Below, in pieces: positions 1 to 12,288 of a stretch of 64,000 nt of DNA. The translations under genes were made by a program, and so were the position numbers. The notes beneath the pieces are model-generated. The model made no database searches. It worked only from the letters and a program-made list of their open reading frames with translations, and was not told the origin of the DNA. Source of the stretch: Patescibacteria group bacterium (GTDB lineage: Bacteria > Patescibacteriota > Minisyncoccia > Minisyncoccales > UBA10102); the NCBI GenBank assembly GCA_022563395.1, contig JADFNM010000001.1:334342-398341 (forward strand), written 5' to 3'. Position 1 is the first letter of the stretch, and each line of letters opens with the position of its first letter.

Positions 1-35
1 GCCCCAGGCACCAAAGATAAATAAATAACTCACAT

Positions 36-1715
36 ATGACAAAACCACAGACGCAACCAATAAAGATTATCCCCCTAGGAGGATTAGGTGAGGTTGGGAA
101 AAACATGATGGTCATTGAGGACCAGGGCAAAATCCTCATTATTGACATGGGTCTTCGCATGCCAGAAGAAGACATGCCGGGCATTGACTATATCATTCCC
201 AACATTATTTCCTTGCGGGGCAGGGAAAAAGACATTGTTGGCATTCTCATCACCCACGGACACCTCGACCACATTGGCGCCATTCCCTACCTGGTAGGCA
301 AACTTGGCAATCCTCCCATGTTTGTAGCTCCCCTTGCAAAAGGCATTCTCTTGAAACGCCAGGAGGATTTCTCGCGCCAGCCAAAGCTCAAAATCTCTCC
401 CATAGAAGACGGGAAAATATTGAGGCTCGGGCCGTTTAAAATAGAGCCCTTTCGACAAAACCACAATATCAACGACAACTTCGGGTTTGTTATTGAAACG
501 TCGCAAGGAAACATTGTCCACAGCTCAGACTTTAAGTTTGACGACAGCCCAGTCAATGATCCCCCAACAGACTATAATCGTTTTAAAAAGATTGGGAGAA
601 ACAAGGTATTACTGTTAATGTCTGACTCCACAAACGCGGAACAGCCCAATCATTCCCTATCAGAAAAGGTCATCATGGAAAACCTGGACGAAATCTTCAA
701 GAAAGCACAGGGGAGAATCATTACCGCAACCTTTAGTTCTTTGCTCAACCGCATCCAACAAATCATCACACTCTCTGAAAAATACGGACGGAGGGTTGCC
801 ATTGAGGGATATTCCATGAAAACCAATGTGGAGATTGCAAAACGACTGGGGTATATTAAGGCAAGAAAGGGAACCCTGCTTACAACAAAAGAGGTATTAA
901 AATACCCCGACAACAAGATAACAATTCTCTCCACGGGAGCTCAGGGAGAAGAGAATGCGGTCTTAATGCGCATTATCAACAAAGAGCACAAGGTTTTAAA
1001 AATCCAACGGGGAGATTCTGTCATTTTTTCCTCTTCTGTTATTCCGGGCAATGAGAGAACGGTGCAATTTGTGAAAGATCATCTCTATAGACAGGGCGCC
1101 ATTGTGTTCCATTATAAAATGATGGATATTCATGCTTCGGGGCACGCCAATCAAGAAGAACTCAAAGAACTCATCTCATACTTAAAGCCCACGTTCTTTA
1201 TGCCCATTCATGGACAGTTCTCCATGATGTATACCCATGCTGACCTGGCAAGGGAAGAGGGTATCCCTGAAAAAAATATCGTCATACCGGAAAACGGGAA
1301 TATCATACATCTGACCCGAAGCCAAATCTCCATTGATAAAAAGAGTGTCCCCGCAAACCTCATTATGGTTGATGGTTTGGGTGTGGGAGATGTTGGAGAG
1401 ATTGTGCTGCGGGACCGCCAGAACCTGGCCAAAGACGGTATGTTCGTAATTATTGTTGTGGTGGACCGCCAGAAAGGAACCGTGCGGGGCTCCCCCGACA
1501 TTATCTCACGCGGTTTCATTTACCTGAGGGAATCCAAAGATCTCCTGCGGGACGTAAGGCGCAGAGTGGTGGGAGTCGTAAATAAGGCATCTCAAACCGG
1601 TGGAGCTGTCAACTGGGTGCATGTAAGAGACCAGGTGAAAAAAGAGGTTTCTGATTTTCTCCAAAAGAAACTGGACCGTCACCCCATGGTATTACCCGTC
1701 ATCATTGAGGTATGA
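36..1715 (+). CDS. rnj: Ribonuclease J (metallo-beta-lactamase/beta-CASP RNase)
   Basis: 559-aa ORF with ATG at 36. The N-terminus 'IIPLGGLGEVGKNMMVIE' and the His motif 'ITHGHLDHIGAIPYL' are typical of the RNase J MBL domain. Later 'HASGHA' and 'MPIHGQ' His motifs are also present. Confidence 0.85.
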   Translation: MTKPQTQPIKIIPLGGLGEVGKNMMVIEDQGKILIIDMGLRMPEEDMPGIDYIIPNIISLRGREKDIVGILITHGHLDHIGAIPYLVGKLGNPPMFVAPLAKGILLKRQEDFSRQPKLKISPIEDGKILRLGPFKIEPFRQNHNINDNFGFVIETSQGNIVHSSDFKFDDSPVNDPPTDYNRFKKIGRNKVLLLMSDSTNAEQPNHSLSEKVIMENLDEIFKKAQGRIITATFSSLLNRIQQIITLSEKYGRRVAIEGYSMKTNVEIAKRLGYIKARKGTLLTTKEVLKYPDNKITILSTGAQGEENAVLMRIINKEHKVLKIQRGDSVIFSSSVIPGNERTVQFVKDHLYRQGAIVFHYKMMDIHASGHANQEELKELISYLKPTFFMPIHGQFSMMYTHADLAREEGIPEKNIVIPENGNIIHLTRSQISIDKKSVPANLIMVDGLGVGDVGEIVLRDRQNLAKDGMFVIIVVVDRQKGTVRGSPDIISRGFIYLRESKDLLRDVRRRVVGVVNKASQTGGAVNWVHVRDQVKKEVSDFLQKKLDRHPMVLPVIIEV

Positions 1716-1722
1716 TGGTGCA

Positions 1723-2706
1723 ATGAGGATATTCTCTGGCATACAACCAACAGGACAGCTCCATATTGGAAACTACCTGGGAGCTACCAAAAACTGGGCC
1801 GAACTCCAAGCCAAACACGACTGCTTTTTTATGGTAGCTGACTTGCATGCGCTCACTGCTTTGCAAGACCCAAAACAATTCTCCAAGACCACTCTCGCAA
1901 AGTTTGTAGAGCTTCTTTCTGTAGGGCTCAATCCTGAAAAGTGCATTATCTTTATACAGTCCCACATCAAAGAACACACCGAGTTAGCTTGGATTTTCAG
2001 CACCCTCACCCCTCTTGGGGAGTTGGAACGCATGACCCAGTTTAAAGACAAGGTAAAAAAGCAACACGGAAATATCAACGCAGGGCTTTTAACCTACCCT
2101 GCCTTAATGGCAGCTGACATCCTCTTGTACAAAACACAAGGGGTCCCTGTGGGAAAAGACCAAACGCAACATCTGGAACTTGCCCGCAGCATTGCAAAGA
2201 AGTTTAACTTAACCTATGGAAAAACATTCCCAGAGCCAGAAACTATTTTGGTGAAAGAAGGCTCAAAAATCATGTCGCTGAAAGAACCAAAGAAAAAAAT
2301 GTCAAAATCTGATGCGAAAGAATCCTTTATTAGCATTTTTGAAGAACCAGAAAGCATCTTAAAAAAGATTCGGGGGGCCATTACCGATACTGGCAAAGAA
2401 ATCAAATATAATCCCACAAAAAAGCCGGGGATTTCAAATCTTTTGACCATATACGCTCTTTTTTCTGGTGAATCAATCCTAGAAATAGAAAAAAGGTTCA
2501 AGGGAAAAGGATATGCCACCTTTAAAAAATCACTGGCAGATCTTCTCGCAAAAAAGCTGGAACCATTGCGTAAAAGGCAAAAAGAGCTGGACTCACGCGA
2601 ACTCTACGTAAAGGAAATCCTCCGCCAAGGGGAAAATAGGGCGCGTTCCATTGCCAAAAACACCATGGAGGAAGTTCGCGAGAAGGTTGGACTTCTAGAG
2701 GCCTAG
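1723..2706 (+). CDS. trpS: Tryptophan--tRNA ligase
   Basis: Class I aaRS motifs 'GIQPTGQLHIGNYLGA' (HIGH-type) and an exact 'KMSKS'. Length ~327 aa from the ATG at 1723. The track start at 1705 is an in-frame TTG that overlaps the rnj stop. Confidence 0.9.
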   Translation: MRIFSGIQPTGQLHIGNYLGATKNWAELQAKHDCFFMVADLHALTALQDPKQFSKTTLAKFVELLSVGLNPEKCIIFIQSHIKEHTELAWIFSTLTPLGELERMTQFKDKVKKQHGNINAGLLTYPALMAADILLYKTQGVPVGKDQTQHLELARSIAKKFNLTYGKTFPEPETILVKEGSKIMSLKEPKKKMSKSDAKESFISIFEEPESILKKIRGAITDTGKEIKYNPTKKPGISNLLTIYALFSGESILEIEKRFKGKGYATFKKSLADLLAKKLEPLRKRQKELDSRELYVKEILRQGENRARSIAKNTMEEVREKVGLLEA

Positions 2707-4109
2707 CTAAGCCCGAGCTTCAGATAGTGCTCTTTTGTAACGGGCACGCCGAGCTTAGAAAACAAGTCAAGAAAATCCCGTTCTATCCTTTCCAGATCTT
2801 CTTTCGTTTCTCCTTCAAATCTACACTTCACGTGTGGACTTGTATTGGCTGCTCTCACTAAAGCCCACCCCTTTTCAAGCTGAATCCTTGCTCCATCAAC
2901 ATCAATAAGCGAATATCCCTCTTTCTTGAAATACTCTAACAACTTGCTGACAAGTCCAAACTTTGTTTTGTCTGGAACGTCGATAAACAGCTCGGGGCTC
3001 GCTTCATAATGCGGGAGGGTATCAATGTATGCTGCAAAGTCTTGCTGTGAAGAAGCAATTTCAGCCAACTTCAGAGAGGCGAACAAAGCATCATCTACAG
3101 GATAGTACTCCTGGGGAAAAATGAAATGCAGGGTAATCTCTCCGCCGAATACGGCTCCAGTCTCCTCAATTTTCTTTATCACCGCATTGTGGTGAGAAAC
3201 AGAAAAGTGCGTAGGAACTCCCAACTTTCTCATTTCGTCTAAAAAAGCTTTGGACACTCGAACGTCATGCACCACGGGTCCCTTCTGCTTTTTTACTGCC
3301 TGCAAGGCCAACATGAGCATTGCAAAATCTCCCGACACCACCCTACCTTTATTATCTACAATGCCAACCCGATCTCCGTCGGCATCATACGCTAAACCAA
3401 TGTCAGCTCCATCTTTGAGCACTGCTTCTTTTAAGTCTTTTAAGTTCTCCTCTTGGTAAGGATCGGGCGGATGATTCGGGAACGTGCCGTCATATTCTCC
3501 ATACAGTGTTCTCACCGTACACCCCAGCTTTTGGAACACCTTTTCTGGAAGAAACCCCATGGCCCCGTTTCCAGAATCAACAACCAAGGAGAGCCGACGC
3601 TTCAAACGAATGCGAGAAGAAACATATTCTGTGTACTCCTCAACAGAATCTCTGGTCTCTACTTTCCCAGGAACGTCAGCTGAAATCAACCTTTCTTCTT
3701 CTGCAAGATCACGAATGCTGCTCAGTTCCTCTCCAACAACGTCATAGGGAACATCCTCTCCTTCGCGCTTCACGCTCATGCTCAAACCGTTAAAGGAGCC
3801 CAAGCTGTGGGATCCGGAAACTACAATTCCCCCGTCGTATCCGTGGTGAAACAGGGTAAAGTAGAACAGGGGGTCGGGTGCCAAGCCCAAATCAACAACG
3901 TTCTTTCCAGAGGCCAAAAAAACCTCTCTTACTGCCTCAGCAAGCAGAGGAGAACTCAGTCTCGTATCATGAGCCAACACCAAGGTTTTCACATGGGGAT
4001 AGAGCCTGAGATATGCCTTTGCAATGCGAGATACCACCTCTTCTGAAAGCTCTTCTGGATACCTTCCCCGAATGTCATATGTCCGAAATATACTGGGATT
4101 TACGTTCAT
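2703..4109 (-). CDS. Phosphomannomutase/phosphoglucomutase family (alpha-D-phosphohexomutase)
   Basis: 468 aa. Active-site Ser loop 'VVSGSHSLGSFNG', Mg-binding loop 'AYDADGDRVGIVD', and 'FGGEITLH' sugar-binding-type loop. Converges on and overlaps the trpS 3' end by 4 nt. Confidence 0.85.
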   Translation of the reverse strand: MNVNPSIFRTYDIRGRYPEELSEEVVSRIAKAYLRLYPHVKTLVLAHDTRLSSPLLAEAVREVFLASGKNVVDLGLAPDPLFYFTLFHHGYDGGIVVSGSHSLGSFNGLSMSVKREGEDVPYDVVGEELSSIRDLAEEERLISADVPGKVETRDSVEEYTEYVSSRIRLKRRLSLVVDSGNGAMGFLPEKVFQKLGCTVRTLYGEYDGTFPNHPPDPYQEENLKDLKEAVLKDGADIGLAYDADGDRVGIVDNKGRVVSGDFAMLMLALQAVKKQKGPVVHDVRVSKAFLDEMRKLGVPTHFSVSHHNAVIKKIEETGAVFGGEITLHFIFPQEYYPVDDALFASLKLAEIASSQQDFAAYIDTLPHYEASPELFIDVPDKTKFGLVSKLLEYFKKEGYSLIDVDGARIQLEKGWALVRAANTSPHVKCRFEGETKEDLERIERDFLDLFSKLGVPVTKEHYLKLGLS

Positions 4110-4137
4110 CCACCTTAGTATACCATACTGTGCTCTT

Positions 4138-4181
4138 GCTTAAATTTCATTTAGTTATCCACACCTAAACGAGATTTAAGC
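4138..4181. repeat. REP-like hairpin, variant with 10-nt loop 'TTATCCACAC'
   Basis: 'gcttaaatttcatttag' + 'ttatccacac' + 'ctaaacgagatttaagc'. The arms are inverted copies (2 mismatches). The same unit recurs at 18722-18765 and 22804-22836. Confidence 0.8.
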
Positions 4182-4186
4182 AGAGG

Positions 4187-4215
4187 TTGACCATGCAACT
4201 CAAATAGGATATGCT
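4187..4215 (+). promoter_or_regulatory. Candidate sigma70-type promoter of the rpsF-ssb-rpsR operon
   Basis: TTGACC (4187-4192), a 17-nt spacer, then TATGCT (4210-4215). The -10 element ends only 8 nt before the rpsF ATG. Confidence 0.3.
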
Positions 4216-4223
4216 ACCTGCGT

Positions 4224-5116
<893 letters not shown>

Positions 5117-5118
5117 CT

Positions 5119-5316
5119 ATGGAGTGCTATTTGTGCAAAAAGAACATTAAAGACATTGATTTTAAGAATACTCAACTCTTTCGAAACTACATTTCAGGAT
5201 TGGGAAAGATACGCCCCAAAACAAAAACAGGGCTTTGTTCCACCCATCAAAGACGCATAGCCAAGGCAATCAAGCGAGCGCGGCACTTGGGTCTGCTCTC
5301 TGCCTCAGCTAAGTAG
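5119..5316 (+). CDS. rpsR: 30S ribosomal protein S18
   Basis: 65 aa. '[48 protein letters not shown]' matches the S18 core. Confidence 0.85.
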   Translation: MECYLCKKNIKDIDFKNTQLFRNYISGLGKIRPKTKTGLCSTHQRRIAKAIKRARHLGLLSASAK

Positions 5317-6294
5317 CTTTTCTCGAATCTCCTTTGCAAGCTTGGGGTTCTCTTGTAAGAACTTTTTTGAGGCCTCCATGCCCTGCCCCAGTTTTGTTGT
5401 TTCGTACTGCAGCCAGGAACCTGCCTTCTTGACCACTCCTTCTTTTAAACCTGCGTTCAAAAGGTCCGCTGCAGCAGAAATGCCTTCGTTGTAATAGATG
5501 TCAAACTCGGCTATCTTGAAGGGAGGTGCCACCTTATTTTTCACAATCTTTGCTCGAAGACGGTTCCCGATAATCTGGTCTCCGGATTTTAACTGTGCAA
5601 TGCGGCGCAGCTCAATGCGAACCGAGGAGTAGAACTTAAGGGCCAATCCTCCCGGTGTGGTTTCTGGGTTTCCGAACATAACCCCAATCTTCATTCGAAT
5701 CTGATTTATGAAGATAACGGTTGTCTTTGTTCTAGAAACAATCCCAGAGAGTTTTCGCAAGGCAGAAGACATTAACCGGGCTTGCAGGCCAATCGGAAAC
5801 TCCCCCATCTCCCCTGCAATCTCACTTTTGGGAGTGAGGGCTGCAACCGAGTCAATAACAATGACGGCTACCTCGCCTGACCTTGCCAGGGTTTCTAAAA
5901 TCTGCAGGGCCTGCTCGCCGGAATCTGGTTGGGAAATCAACAGATCATCCACGTTCACTCCAATCTTCTTTGCATAATCAGGATCCAAAGCGTGTTCTGC
6001 ATCAATAAAAGCTCCAACCCCCCCCTTCTTTTGCGCTTCAGCTATAATATGCAGTGAGAGAGAGGTTTTCCCGGTTGCTTCGGGCCCATAGATTTCAATA
6101 ACTCTTCCTTTGGGGACTCCTCCAACTCCCAAAGCAAGGTCAATGGAAACTGATCCGGTGGAGATAACCTCAACATCCATGGCCTTGGCTTCAGACAGGC
6201 GCATGATAGCTCCCTCTCCAAACCTCTGCTTTATCTCATCTATGGCTTCCTGGAGGTCTGCTAATTCTTTTTTTTCTTGTTTCTTTTTTGCCAT
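5305..6294 (-). CDS. recA: Recombinase RecA
   Basis: 329 aa. 'FGEGAIMRL', Walker A '[10 protein letters not shown]', '[10 protein letters not shown]', '[22 protein letters not shown]'. Confidence 0.95.
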   Translation of the reverse strand: MAKKKQEKKELADLQEAIDEIKQRFGEGAIMRLSEAKAMDVEVISTGSVSIDLALGVGGVPKGRVIEIYGPEATGKTSLSLHIIAEAQKKGGVGAFIDAEHALDPDYAKKIGVNVDDLLISQPDSGEQALQILETLARSGEVAVIVIDSVAALTPKSEIAGEMGEFPIGLQARLMSSALRKLSGIVSRTKTTVIFINQIRMKIGVMFGNPETTPGGLALKFYSSVRIELRRIAQLKSGDQIIGNRLRAKIVKNKVAPPFKIAEFDIYYNEGISAAADLLNAGLKEGVVKKAGSWLQYETTKLGQGMEASKKFLQENPKLAKEIREKLLS

Positions 6295-6315
6295 GTTCTT
6301 GTATTCTAGTAAAAA

Positions 6316-8490
6316 TTACGGAGAAAACCAGTCAGAGGCGCCAGCACCCTCTCCTTGAGGGACACCATACACCTCTCTGGGTTTCGCTCCTTCTCCTGGA
6401 CCAATAACTCCTCTCTGCTCTAAAATATCCAGCAAACGGGCAGCCCTGGCATATCCAACCCTCAAGCGCCTTTGCAATAAGGAAGCTGATGCCTTCTTGG
6501 ATTCCACAACTACCCTCTTTGCCTCCTCATACATAGGATCCTCGTCGTCTCCCCTGTTTTCTATGGCTTCCATGCCGCTTGCTGCTGCCTTGGCAAGCTC
6601 ATCTTCTGCAATCTCTTCTCTGACATAGTCTTTGGTGTTCTTTTGAATCCACTCCACCACGTGCTTTACATCCTTGTCTGAGACATAAGAACCCTGAATT
6701 CTTTTTGGTCGGGAAAACTCAGAAGAAATGAACAGCATGTCTCCCCTTCCCAAGAGCTTTTCTGCGCCAGCCGCGTCTAGGATGGTACGTGAATCCACTT
6801 GTGAAGCAACCTGGAATGCGATGCGGGCAGTAATATTGGCCTTAATTAACCCGGTGATGACCTCCACAGAAGGGCGCTGGGTTGCCAAGACCAGGTGAAT
6901 GCCAACGGCTCTCGCCATCTGGGCTAATCTCACCACCAAGGCCTCAACCTCTTTTCCTCGAGAAGCCATTAAGTCAGCTAACTCGTCAATAATGACGACA
7001 ATGTAGGGCATTTGTTCTACCTCCTCACTCCTTTCCTTTCTCTTCTTTTGTTGTTCTTGCTGCCAGAGCGCATGGTAGCTTGCAATGTCTTTTGTCCTTG
7101 CAGCAGACAACACCTGAAACCTCCGTTCCATCTCTTTTATCAGCCATTTTAAGGCGTTGAGGGCGTGCTGGGTATCCAAGATAACAGGGGTTAGGAGGTG
7201 GGGAAGGTCGTTGTACACCAGAAACTCCACTCGCTTTGGGTCAACCAAGACAAACCTGAGGTTGGAGGGTGGGTTGCGGTAAATCAGGCTTAAGATAATG
7301 TTGTTTAAGGCAATGGTTTTTCCGGTTCCCGTAGCTCCTGCAACCATAAGGTGGGGCATTCGAGCCAAATCCGTGAAGATGGGACTTCCTGCAACATCCC
7401 TTCCCAAAGACATTAACAATGGATCAGTAGAGTTCTTGAATCTGGAGTTTTCAACTAAGGTGCGCAGGCGGACTGTGGTTCGTGCCTTGTTGGGAATCTC
7501 AATTCCCACCAAAGACCTCCCTGGGATGGGGGCCTCAATACGAATGGGATGCGCTGCCAAGGCTAAGGCCAAGTCACTGGAAAGCGCAGTAATTCTTGAG
7601 AGCTTTACGCCCTCGGCCGGTTTAAACGCATACTGCGTGACTGCGGGCCCAATATTCACCTCGGAGATCTCCACTGGAATGTCAAAGTTTGCCATCGTCT
7701 TTTTAATAATTGCAGAATATATCTTAATGTCCCCCGCATTGGGAACACCGCTCTCTGTTTCCAGAAGCGAAGAAGGCGGGAACTGGTAGTTTCCGGCCAA
7801 AGGCAAGGTTTGAAAACCTCTATCCTTTTCTTCTTTCCCGCCTCCGTGGCGAGGTACCGCTGAGGCGACTTCTTGCTCTTCTGGTTTTAAGTCCTCATCT
7901 TTGGGCCCTGGCTCTACTGCCTCTACTTCAAATTTGGGTTCAAAGATTTTCTTTACCTTTTCCTTTGCTCCTTGCGCAAAGGAAGACTCCTTGATCCTTT
8001 CGTGGTCCAAAAGCTGCCAAAAGATAATACCCGAAACTAAAACCACGCCGCCAAAGATAATCTCTGAAACCCAGAATCCAAAAGCAGAAAACGCGGGCCA
8101 GGAAACCAAGAGTCCAAGCCAACCTGAAACTTCTTGAATGTTTAACTCTTGAAAGCGAGCCACAGTTCCCACAATCCCCCCTGTTCCTAAAAAGAGCAAC
8201 GCTAAAGCGAGCAGTACCTGCCATAAACCCCAGTAGCGCATACCAAAAAACACCAACCCTGCAATCACCAAGAACAAGGGAATGAGAAATACCGCTTTCC
8301 CGAGCACAAGAACTGCACCAGAAAAGAGAAGGGTTCCGGCAAATCCTGCCTTTTGAAAGAAAGCAAAGGCAAAGATGAGCGCCAGAACAAACATCAAAAC
8401 GCCAGCTATCTTTCGCTTGGCGTCGTCTGGCACCTGAATACTCAGCCCTCTTTTGTTTCCCTTATTCTTATTCTGTTTCTTTCTTGCCAC
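6316..8490 (-). CDS. ftsK: DNA translocase FtsK/SpoIIIE
   Basis: N-terminal TM helices and a charged linker. Walker A 'VAGATGTGKT', Walker B 'IVVIIDELADL'. C-terminal gamma winged helix 'ASASLLQRRLRVGYARAARLLD'. The start codon at 8490 is GTG. Confidence 0.9.
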   Translation of the reverse strand: MARKKQNKNKGNKRGLSIQVPDDAKRKIAGVLMFVLALIFAFAFFQKAGFAGTLLFSGAVLVLGKAVFLIPLFLVIAGLVFFGMRYWGLWQVLLALALLFLGTGGIVGTVARFQELNIQEVSGWLGLLVSWPAFSAFGFWVSEIIFGGVVLVSGIIFWQLLDHERIKESSFAQGAKEKVKKIFEPKFEVEAVEPGPKDEDLKPEEQEVASAVPRHGGGKEEKDRGFQTLPLAGNYQFPPSSLLETESGVPNAGDIKIYSAIIKKTMANFDIPVEISEVNIGPAVTQYAFKPAEGVKLSRITALSSDLALALAAHPIRIEAPIPGRSLVGIEIPNKARTTVRLRTLVENSRFKNSTDPLLMSLGRDVAGSPIFTDLARMPHLMVAGATGTGKTIALNNIILSLIYRNPPSNLRFVLVDPKRVEFLVYNDLPHLLTPVILDTQHALNALKWLIKEMERRFQVLSAARTKDIASYHALWQQEQQKKRKERSEEVEQMPYIVVIIDELADLMASRGKEVEALVVRLAQMARAVGIHLVLATQRPSVEVITGLIKANITARIAFQVASQVDSRTILDAAGAEKLLGRGDMLFISSEFSRPKRIQGSYVSDKDVKHVVEWIQKNTKDYVREEIAEDELAKAAASGMEAIENRGDDEDPMYEEAKRVVVESKKASASLLQRRLRVGYARAARLLDILEQRGVIGPGEGAKPREVYGVPQGEGAGASDWFSP

Positions 8491-8574
8491 GTAAAATTTA
8501 CTGTGTGATTGTTTCTGTATTATACCAAGAATCCCTTATCTATCCAAACTAACATTGTGGAAATCCGTCTTCAT

Positions 8575-8601
8575 AAAAAATCGCCTCCTTGGCGATTTTT
8601 T
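8575..8601 (-). terminator. Intrinsic (bidirectional-looking) terminator downstream of rpoC
   Basis: 'aaaaaa-tcgcc-tcctt-ggcga-tttttt'. A 7-bp stem AATCGCC/GGCGATT with a 5-nt loop, flanked by an A-run and a T-run. Confidence 0.6.
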
Positions 8602-8623
8602 GTTTTGAGATAAACGCATATCT

Positions 8624-8641
8624 CCTAAATCTCGTTTAAGC
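8624..8641. repeat. Solo REP-like unit
   Basis: 'cctaaatctcgtttaagc'. A single unit, itself a 6-7-bp mini-hairpin, lying between the terminator and the rpoC stop. Confidence 0.6.
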
Positions 8642-8664
8642 ATGATTGATTCTATTGAATAATG

Positions 8665-11600
8665 CTATTTTTTCTTAAATCCGGTGCCGGCTGGAATGAG
8701 TTTTCCAATAATTACATTTTCCTTTAAGCCTCGCAGCCGGTCCTCCTTCCCTTCTAAAGCTGCCTTAATTAAAACGCGGGAGGTCTCCTGAAAGGAAGCC
8801 GAAGACAGAAAACTGTCTGTGGTTAGGGCAACTTTGGAAATGCCCAGGAGAAGCTGCGCGGCGCTCGCTCTTTTCTTTGTGAGTTTCTTCACCCTGGCAT
8901 TCTCTTCTAAGAACACGGTCCGTTCTATTACCTCCCCCTCCGTGAATTTGGTGTCTCCTACATTTTTGATGCGAACCCGAGAAAACATCTGACGTGCAAT
9001 GATCTCAATGTGTTTGTCATGAATAGAAGCACCCTGGGAGGTATAAATGCCCTGCACCTCTCTTACGATATAATTTGCAGTATTTTCTTTCCCGGTTAAG
9101 GAGAATACCTCTTGTAAGTCTAGGTGTCCTTCGCAGAGCTGCTGGCCTTGTGTGATCAGGTCTCCAACTTTCACCCACAAAGCTCTCTTTGCTGGAATCT
9201 GGTATTCCATAACTCCCGAATCCTGAGATTTGGAACCTGAAACCTGCATGCCAGATTTTTTGGTTTCATGTTTCAGGTTACGCGTTTTATGTTGCTTGTC
9301 GTTAATCACTTTAATCCTTACTATTCCTTCTGGAGTCACTTCTTGTACCTGCCCGTCCACTTCAGAGACTACTGCCTTCCCCGAAGGAGTCCTTCCTTCA
9401 AAGATTTCCTCCACACGGGGAAGACCCTGGGTAATGTCACCTCCTCCAGCAACTCCTCCTGTGTGAAAGGTTCTCATGGTAAGCTGTGTTCCGGGTTCTC
9501 CAATGGATTGCGCGGCCACAATGCCGACTGCAGCTCCAAGTTCAACCTCCTGGTTTCTTCCCAGGTCCCACCCATAGCACTTTTGACATACTCCACGCAC
9601 TGCCCTGCAAGACAGGGGGGAGCGAACCTGAACTTCAGATACCTTCTCATCTTCCCCTATTTGTTGCGCCATATCCCAATCAATGTATTGCCCCTTTTTA
9701 ACAATCCCCTTCAGGTCTGTCAAAAACATCCTGCCAGCAAGTTTTAAAGCAATATTCTGCCCAAGTTCTTCTGCTGCAGCTTTTGTAATGGTAATGCCCT
9801 CGGTATCCTTACAGTCGCTTAAGGTCACCAACACATCATGAGCAACATCAATCAAGCGCCGAGTCAAATATCCTGCAGTAGATGTTCTCAAGGCGGTGTC
9901 TGCGGTTCCCTTTCTTGCACCATGCGTAGAAATAAAGTATTCCAAAACGTTAAACCCTTCCTTAAAGGAACTGATCACGGGCAACTCAATGATACGCCCG
10001 GCCGGGTTAATCACCAACCCTTTCATTCCTGCCATCTGAACTGGTTGTGACCAAGACCCCCTTGCCCCAGAGTCAATAATGGAGAACACCGAGCCGCCTT
10101 CTGGCAACGCTTTTGGCACGAGTTTCTCTATGCTGGACTTTACCCGCTGCCAGATTTCAATAACCTTGGCAGATCTCTCCTCTTTAGAAAGGAATCCTTT
10201 TGCAAAGTGGGAGTCAATGACCTCAACCTCTTTTCTTGCGACGCTAAGCAGTTGTTTTTTCTCTGGCGGCACCAAAAGGTCATCCATACCCCAGGTAACG
10301 CCGGACTTGGTTGCATATTTAAATCCCAGCTCCTTTATCTTGTCCAACATCCCGGGAGCTTCTTTGGCAGGATAGTGCTTGATGATGTCTGCTACCAGGC
10401 GTTCCATTTTCTTTGCCGTAATCTGCTCGTTCATAAAGGGGAACCCCAAAGGCAGGGACTCATTGAAAATAATCCGTCCCGCTGTGGTTTCAACAAGAGA
10501 AATTGCATCGCCTCCCCAGTTTTCTGAGAGCCGGACCTTTATCATCTCTCGCAATTTAACAACCCCGGCTTCCATGGCAAGCATTGCTTCTTCGGGAAAC
10601 GCAAAATTCTTTTGCTGCCTTACTTGTCCTGAGCTTGTTGGAGGATCCACGCCTGTAAGATAATAACACCCAAGCACCATGTCCTGCCTTGGGCTTGTCA
10701 CCGGAATGCCTGTGGCGGGCTTGAGCAGATTCCTGTGAGACAGCATAAGGTCTCGTGCCTCTTCTTGCGCTTCCTTGGAAAGCGGGACGTGAACTGCCAT
10801 CTGGTCTCCATCAAAGTCAGCATTGTAGGCAGAACACACTAAGGGATGTAGGCGGATTGCCGCCCCCTCCACAAGCAGGGGGTAAAAAGCCTGAATTCCC
10901 AAACGGTGAAGCGTGGGCGCGCGGTTTAAAAGCACAAGTTTTTCTGAAACAACCTCTTCCAAGATCGCCCATATGTCATCGGTTTCTTGCTCAATCAAAC
11001 GGTTTGCCCCTCGGACATTAAAAGCAAACTCCCGTTCCAAGATCTTGTGAATGACAAAGGGTTTAAAAAGTTCCAAGGCCATACGCTTTGGCAACCCTAC
11101 GTTATCAAGATTCATGGTGGGGCCAACTACAATTACCGATCTCCCAGAGTAATCCACGCGCTTTCCCAAAAGGTTCTGACGAAACCTTCCCTGCTTTCCC
11201 TTGAGCATATCAGCTAAGGATTTCAACAGGCGTTTTCCCCCGGTGGTAGCCTGGGTCATTTGCCCCTTTCTCATGGAGTTGTCAATTAAGGCGTCCACTG
11301 CTTCTTGCAGCATTCGCTTTTCGTTGCGCACAATAACGTCTGGGGCTCCAATATCCAAAAGATACTTTAACCGGTTGTTTCGGTTAATAACCCTGCGGTA
11401 CAGGTCATTTAAGTCAGAGGAAGCATACCTTCCACCATCCAACTGCACCATGGGACGAAGATCAGGGGGCAGAATAGGCAGGTGCGTTAAAAACATCCAC
11501 TCGGGTCGAATAGATGACTCAATCATGCCTTGGATGAATCGAAGGCGAAGCAAAAGCTTTCGCTTAGCTTGTATACTTGCCTTTTCTAGGTTCTTTTTTA

Positions 11601-12288
11601 CCTGGCTGAGCAACTTTTTCAAATCCACCTCCTCAAAGATCTTACGCAAAGCTTCCCCTCCAGTTCCCGCCTCAAAGACCTGCCCATATTTTAAAGAAAG
11701 GTTCTGGTATTCTAATTCAGAAAGAATTTTCATTGGCTGAAGTCCTCGAAGCTCCTCTTTTGCCCTATCCCGCGCTCCCTTTAGGTCCTGCTTTTCTTTT
11801 TCTGTCTGTCCTTTTACCTTTTGTTTGAATTCCGCGTCAATCTCATCAGCAGCTTTTTGTTTCGTTTCTTCATGAACATTGGTAACAATGTAGGAGGCAA
11901 AATAGATGACTCGCTCTAAAGACGAGGCCGGAATGTCCAAAACCAAGCCCATGCGGGACGGCAGTCCCCGCAAGAACCAAATATGAGAACAGGGTACGGC
12001 AAGCTTGATGTGCCCCATACGCTCTCGCCGAACCGAGGATTTGGTTACCTCAACCCCACACCGGTCGCACACCACGCCTTTGTATCGGATCTTTCGATAT
12101 TTCCCACAGTAACATTCATAGTCCTTTTCCGGGCCAAAGATGCGCTCGTCAAACAACCCATCCTTTTCCGCCTTCTGGGTTCGGTAATTGATGGTTTCGG
12201 GCTTCGTAACCTCCCCAAAAGACCAGGAAAGAATATTATCGGGAGAGGCCAGCTTAATCCGAATCGATTCTAAATCAGTTACCCTCAT
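8665..12288 (-). CDS. rpoC: DNA-directed RNA polymerase subunit beta'
   Basis: 1207 aa. Zn finger '[23 protein letters not shown]', catalytic 'NADFDGDQM', and '[10 protein letters not shown]'. Confidence 0.95.
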   Translation of the reverse strand: MRVTDLESIRIKLASPDNILSWSFGEVTKPETINYRTQKAEKDGLFDERIFGPEKDYECYCGKYRKIRYKGVVCDRCGVEVTKSSVRRERMGHIKLAVPCSHIWFLRGLPSRMGLVLDIPASSLERVIYFASYIVTNVHEETKQKAADEIDAEFKQKVKGQTEKEKQDLKGARDRAKEELRGLQPMKILSELEYQNLSLKYGQVFEAGTGGEALRKIFEEVDLKKLLSQVKKNLEKASIQAKRKLLLRLRFIQGMIESSIRPEWMFLTHLPILPPDLRPMVQLDGGRYASSDLNDLYRRVINRNNRLKYLLDIGAPDVIVRNEKRMLQEAVDALIDNSMRKGQMTQATTGGKRLLKSLADMLKGKQGRFRQNLLGKRVDYSGRSVIVVGPTMNLDNVGLPKRMALELFKPFVIHKILEREFAFNVRGANRLIEQETDDIWAILEEVVSEKLVLLNRAPTLHRLGIQAFYPLLVEGAAIRLHPLVCSAYNADFDGDQMAVHVPLSKEAQEEARDLMLSHRNLLKPATGIPVTSPRQDMVLGCYYLTGVDPPTSSGQVRQQKNFAFPEEAMLAMEAGVVKLREMIKVRLSENWGGDAISLVETTAGRIIFNESLPLGFPFMNEQITAKKMERLVADIIKHYPAKEAPGMLDKIKELGFKYATKSGVTWGMDDLLVPPEKKQLLSVARKEVEVIDSHFAKGFLSKEERSAKVIEIWQRVKSSIEKLVPKALPEGGSVFSIIDSGARGSWSQPVQMAGMKGLVINPAGRIIELPVISSFKEGFNVLEYFISTHGARKGTADTALRTSTAGYLTRRLIDVAHDVLVTLSDCKDTEGITITKAAAEELGQNIALKLAGRMFLTDLKGIVKKGQYIDWDMAQQIGEDEKVSEVQVRSPLSCRAVRGVCQKCYGWDLGRNQEVELGAAVGIVAAQSIGEPGTQLTMRTFHTGGVAGGGDITQGLPRVEEIFEGRTPSGKAVVSEVDGQVQEVTPEGIVRIKVINDKQHKTRNLKHETKKSGMQVSGSKSQDSGVMEYQIPAKRALWVKVGDLITQGQQLCEGHLDLQEVFSLTGKENTANYIVREVQGIYTSQGASIHDKHIEIIARQMFSRVRIKNVGDTKFTEGEVIERTVFLEENARVKKLTKKRASAAQLLLGISKVALTTDSFLSSASFQETSRVLIKAALEGKEDRLRGLKENVIIGKLIPAGTGFKKK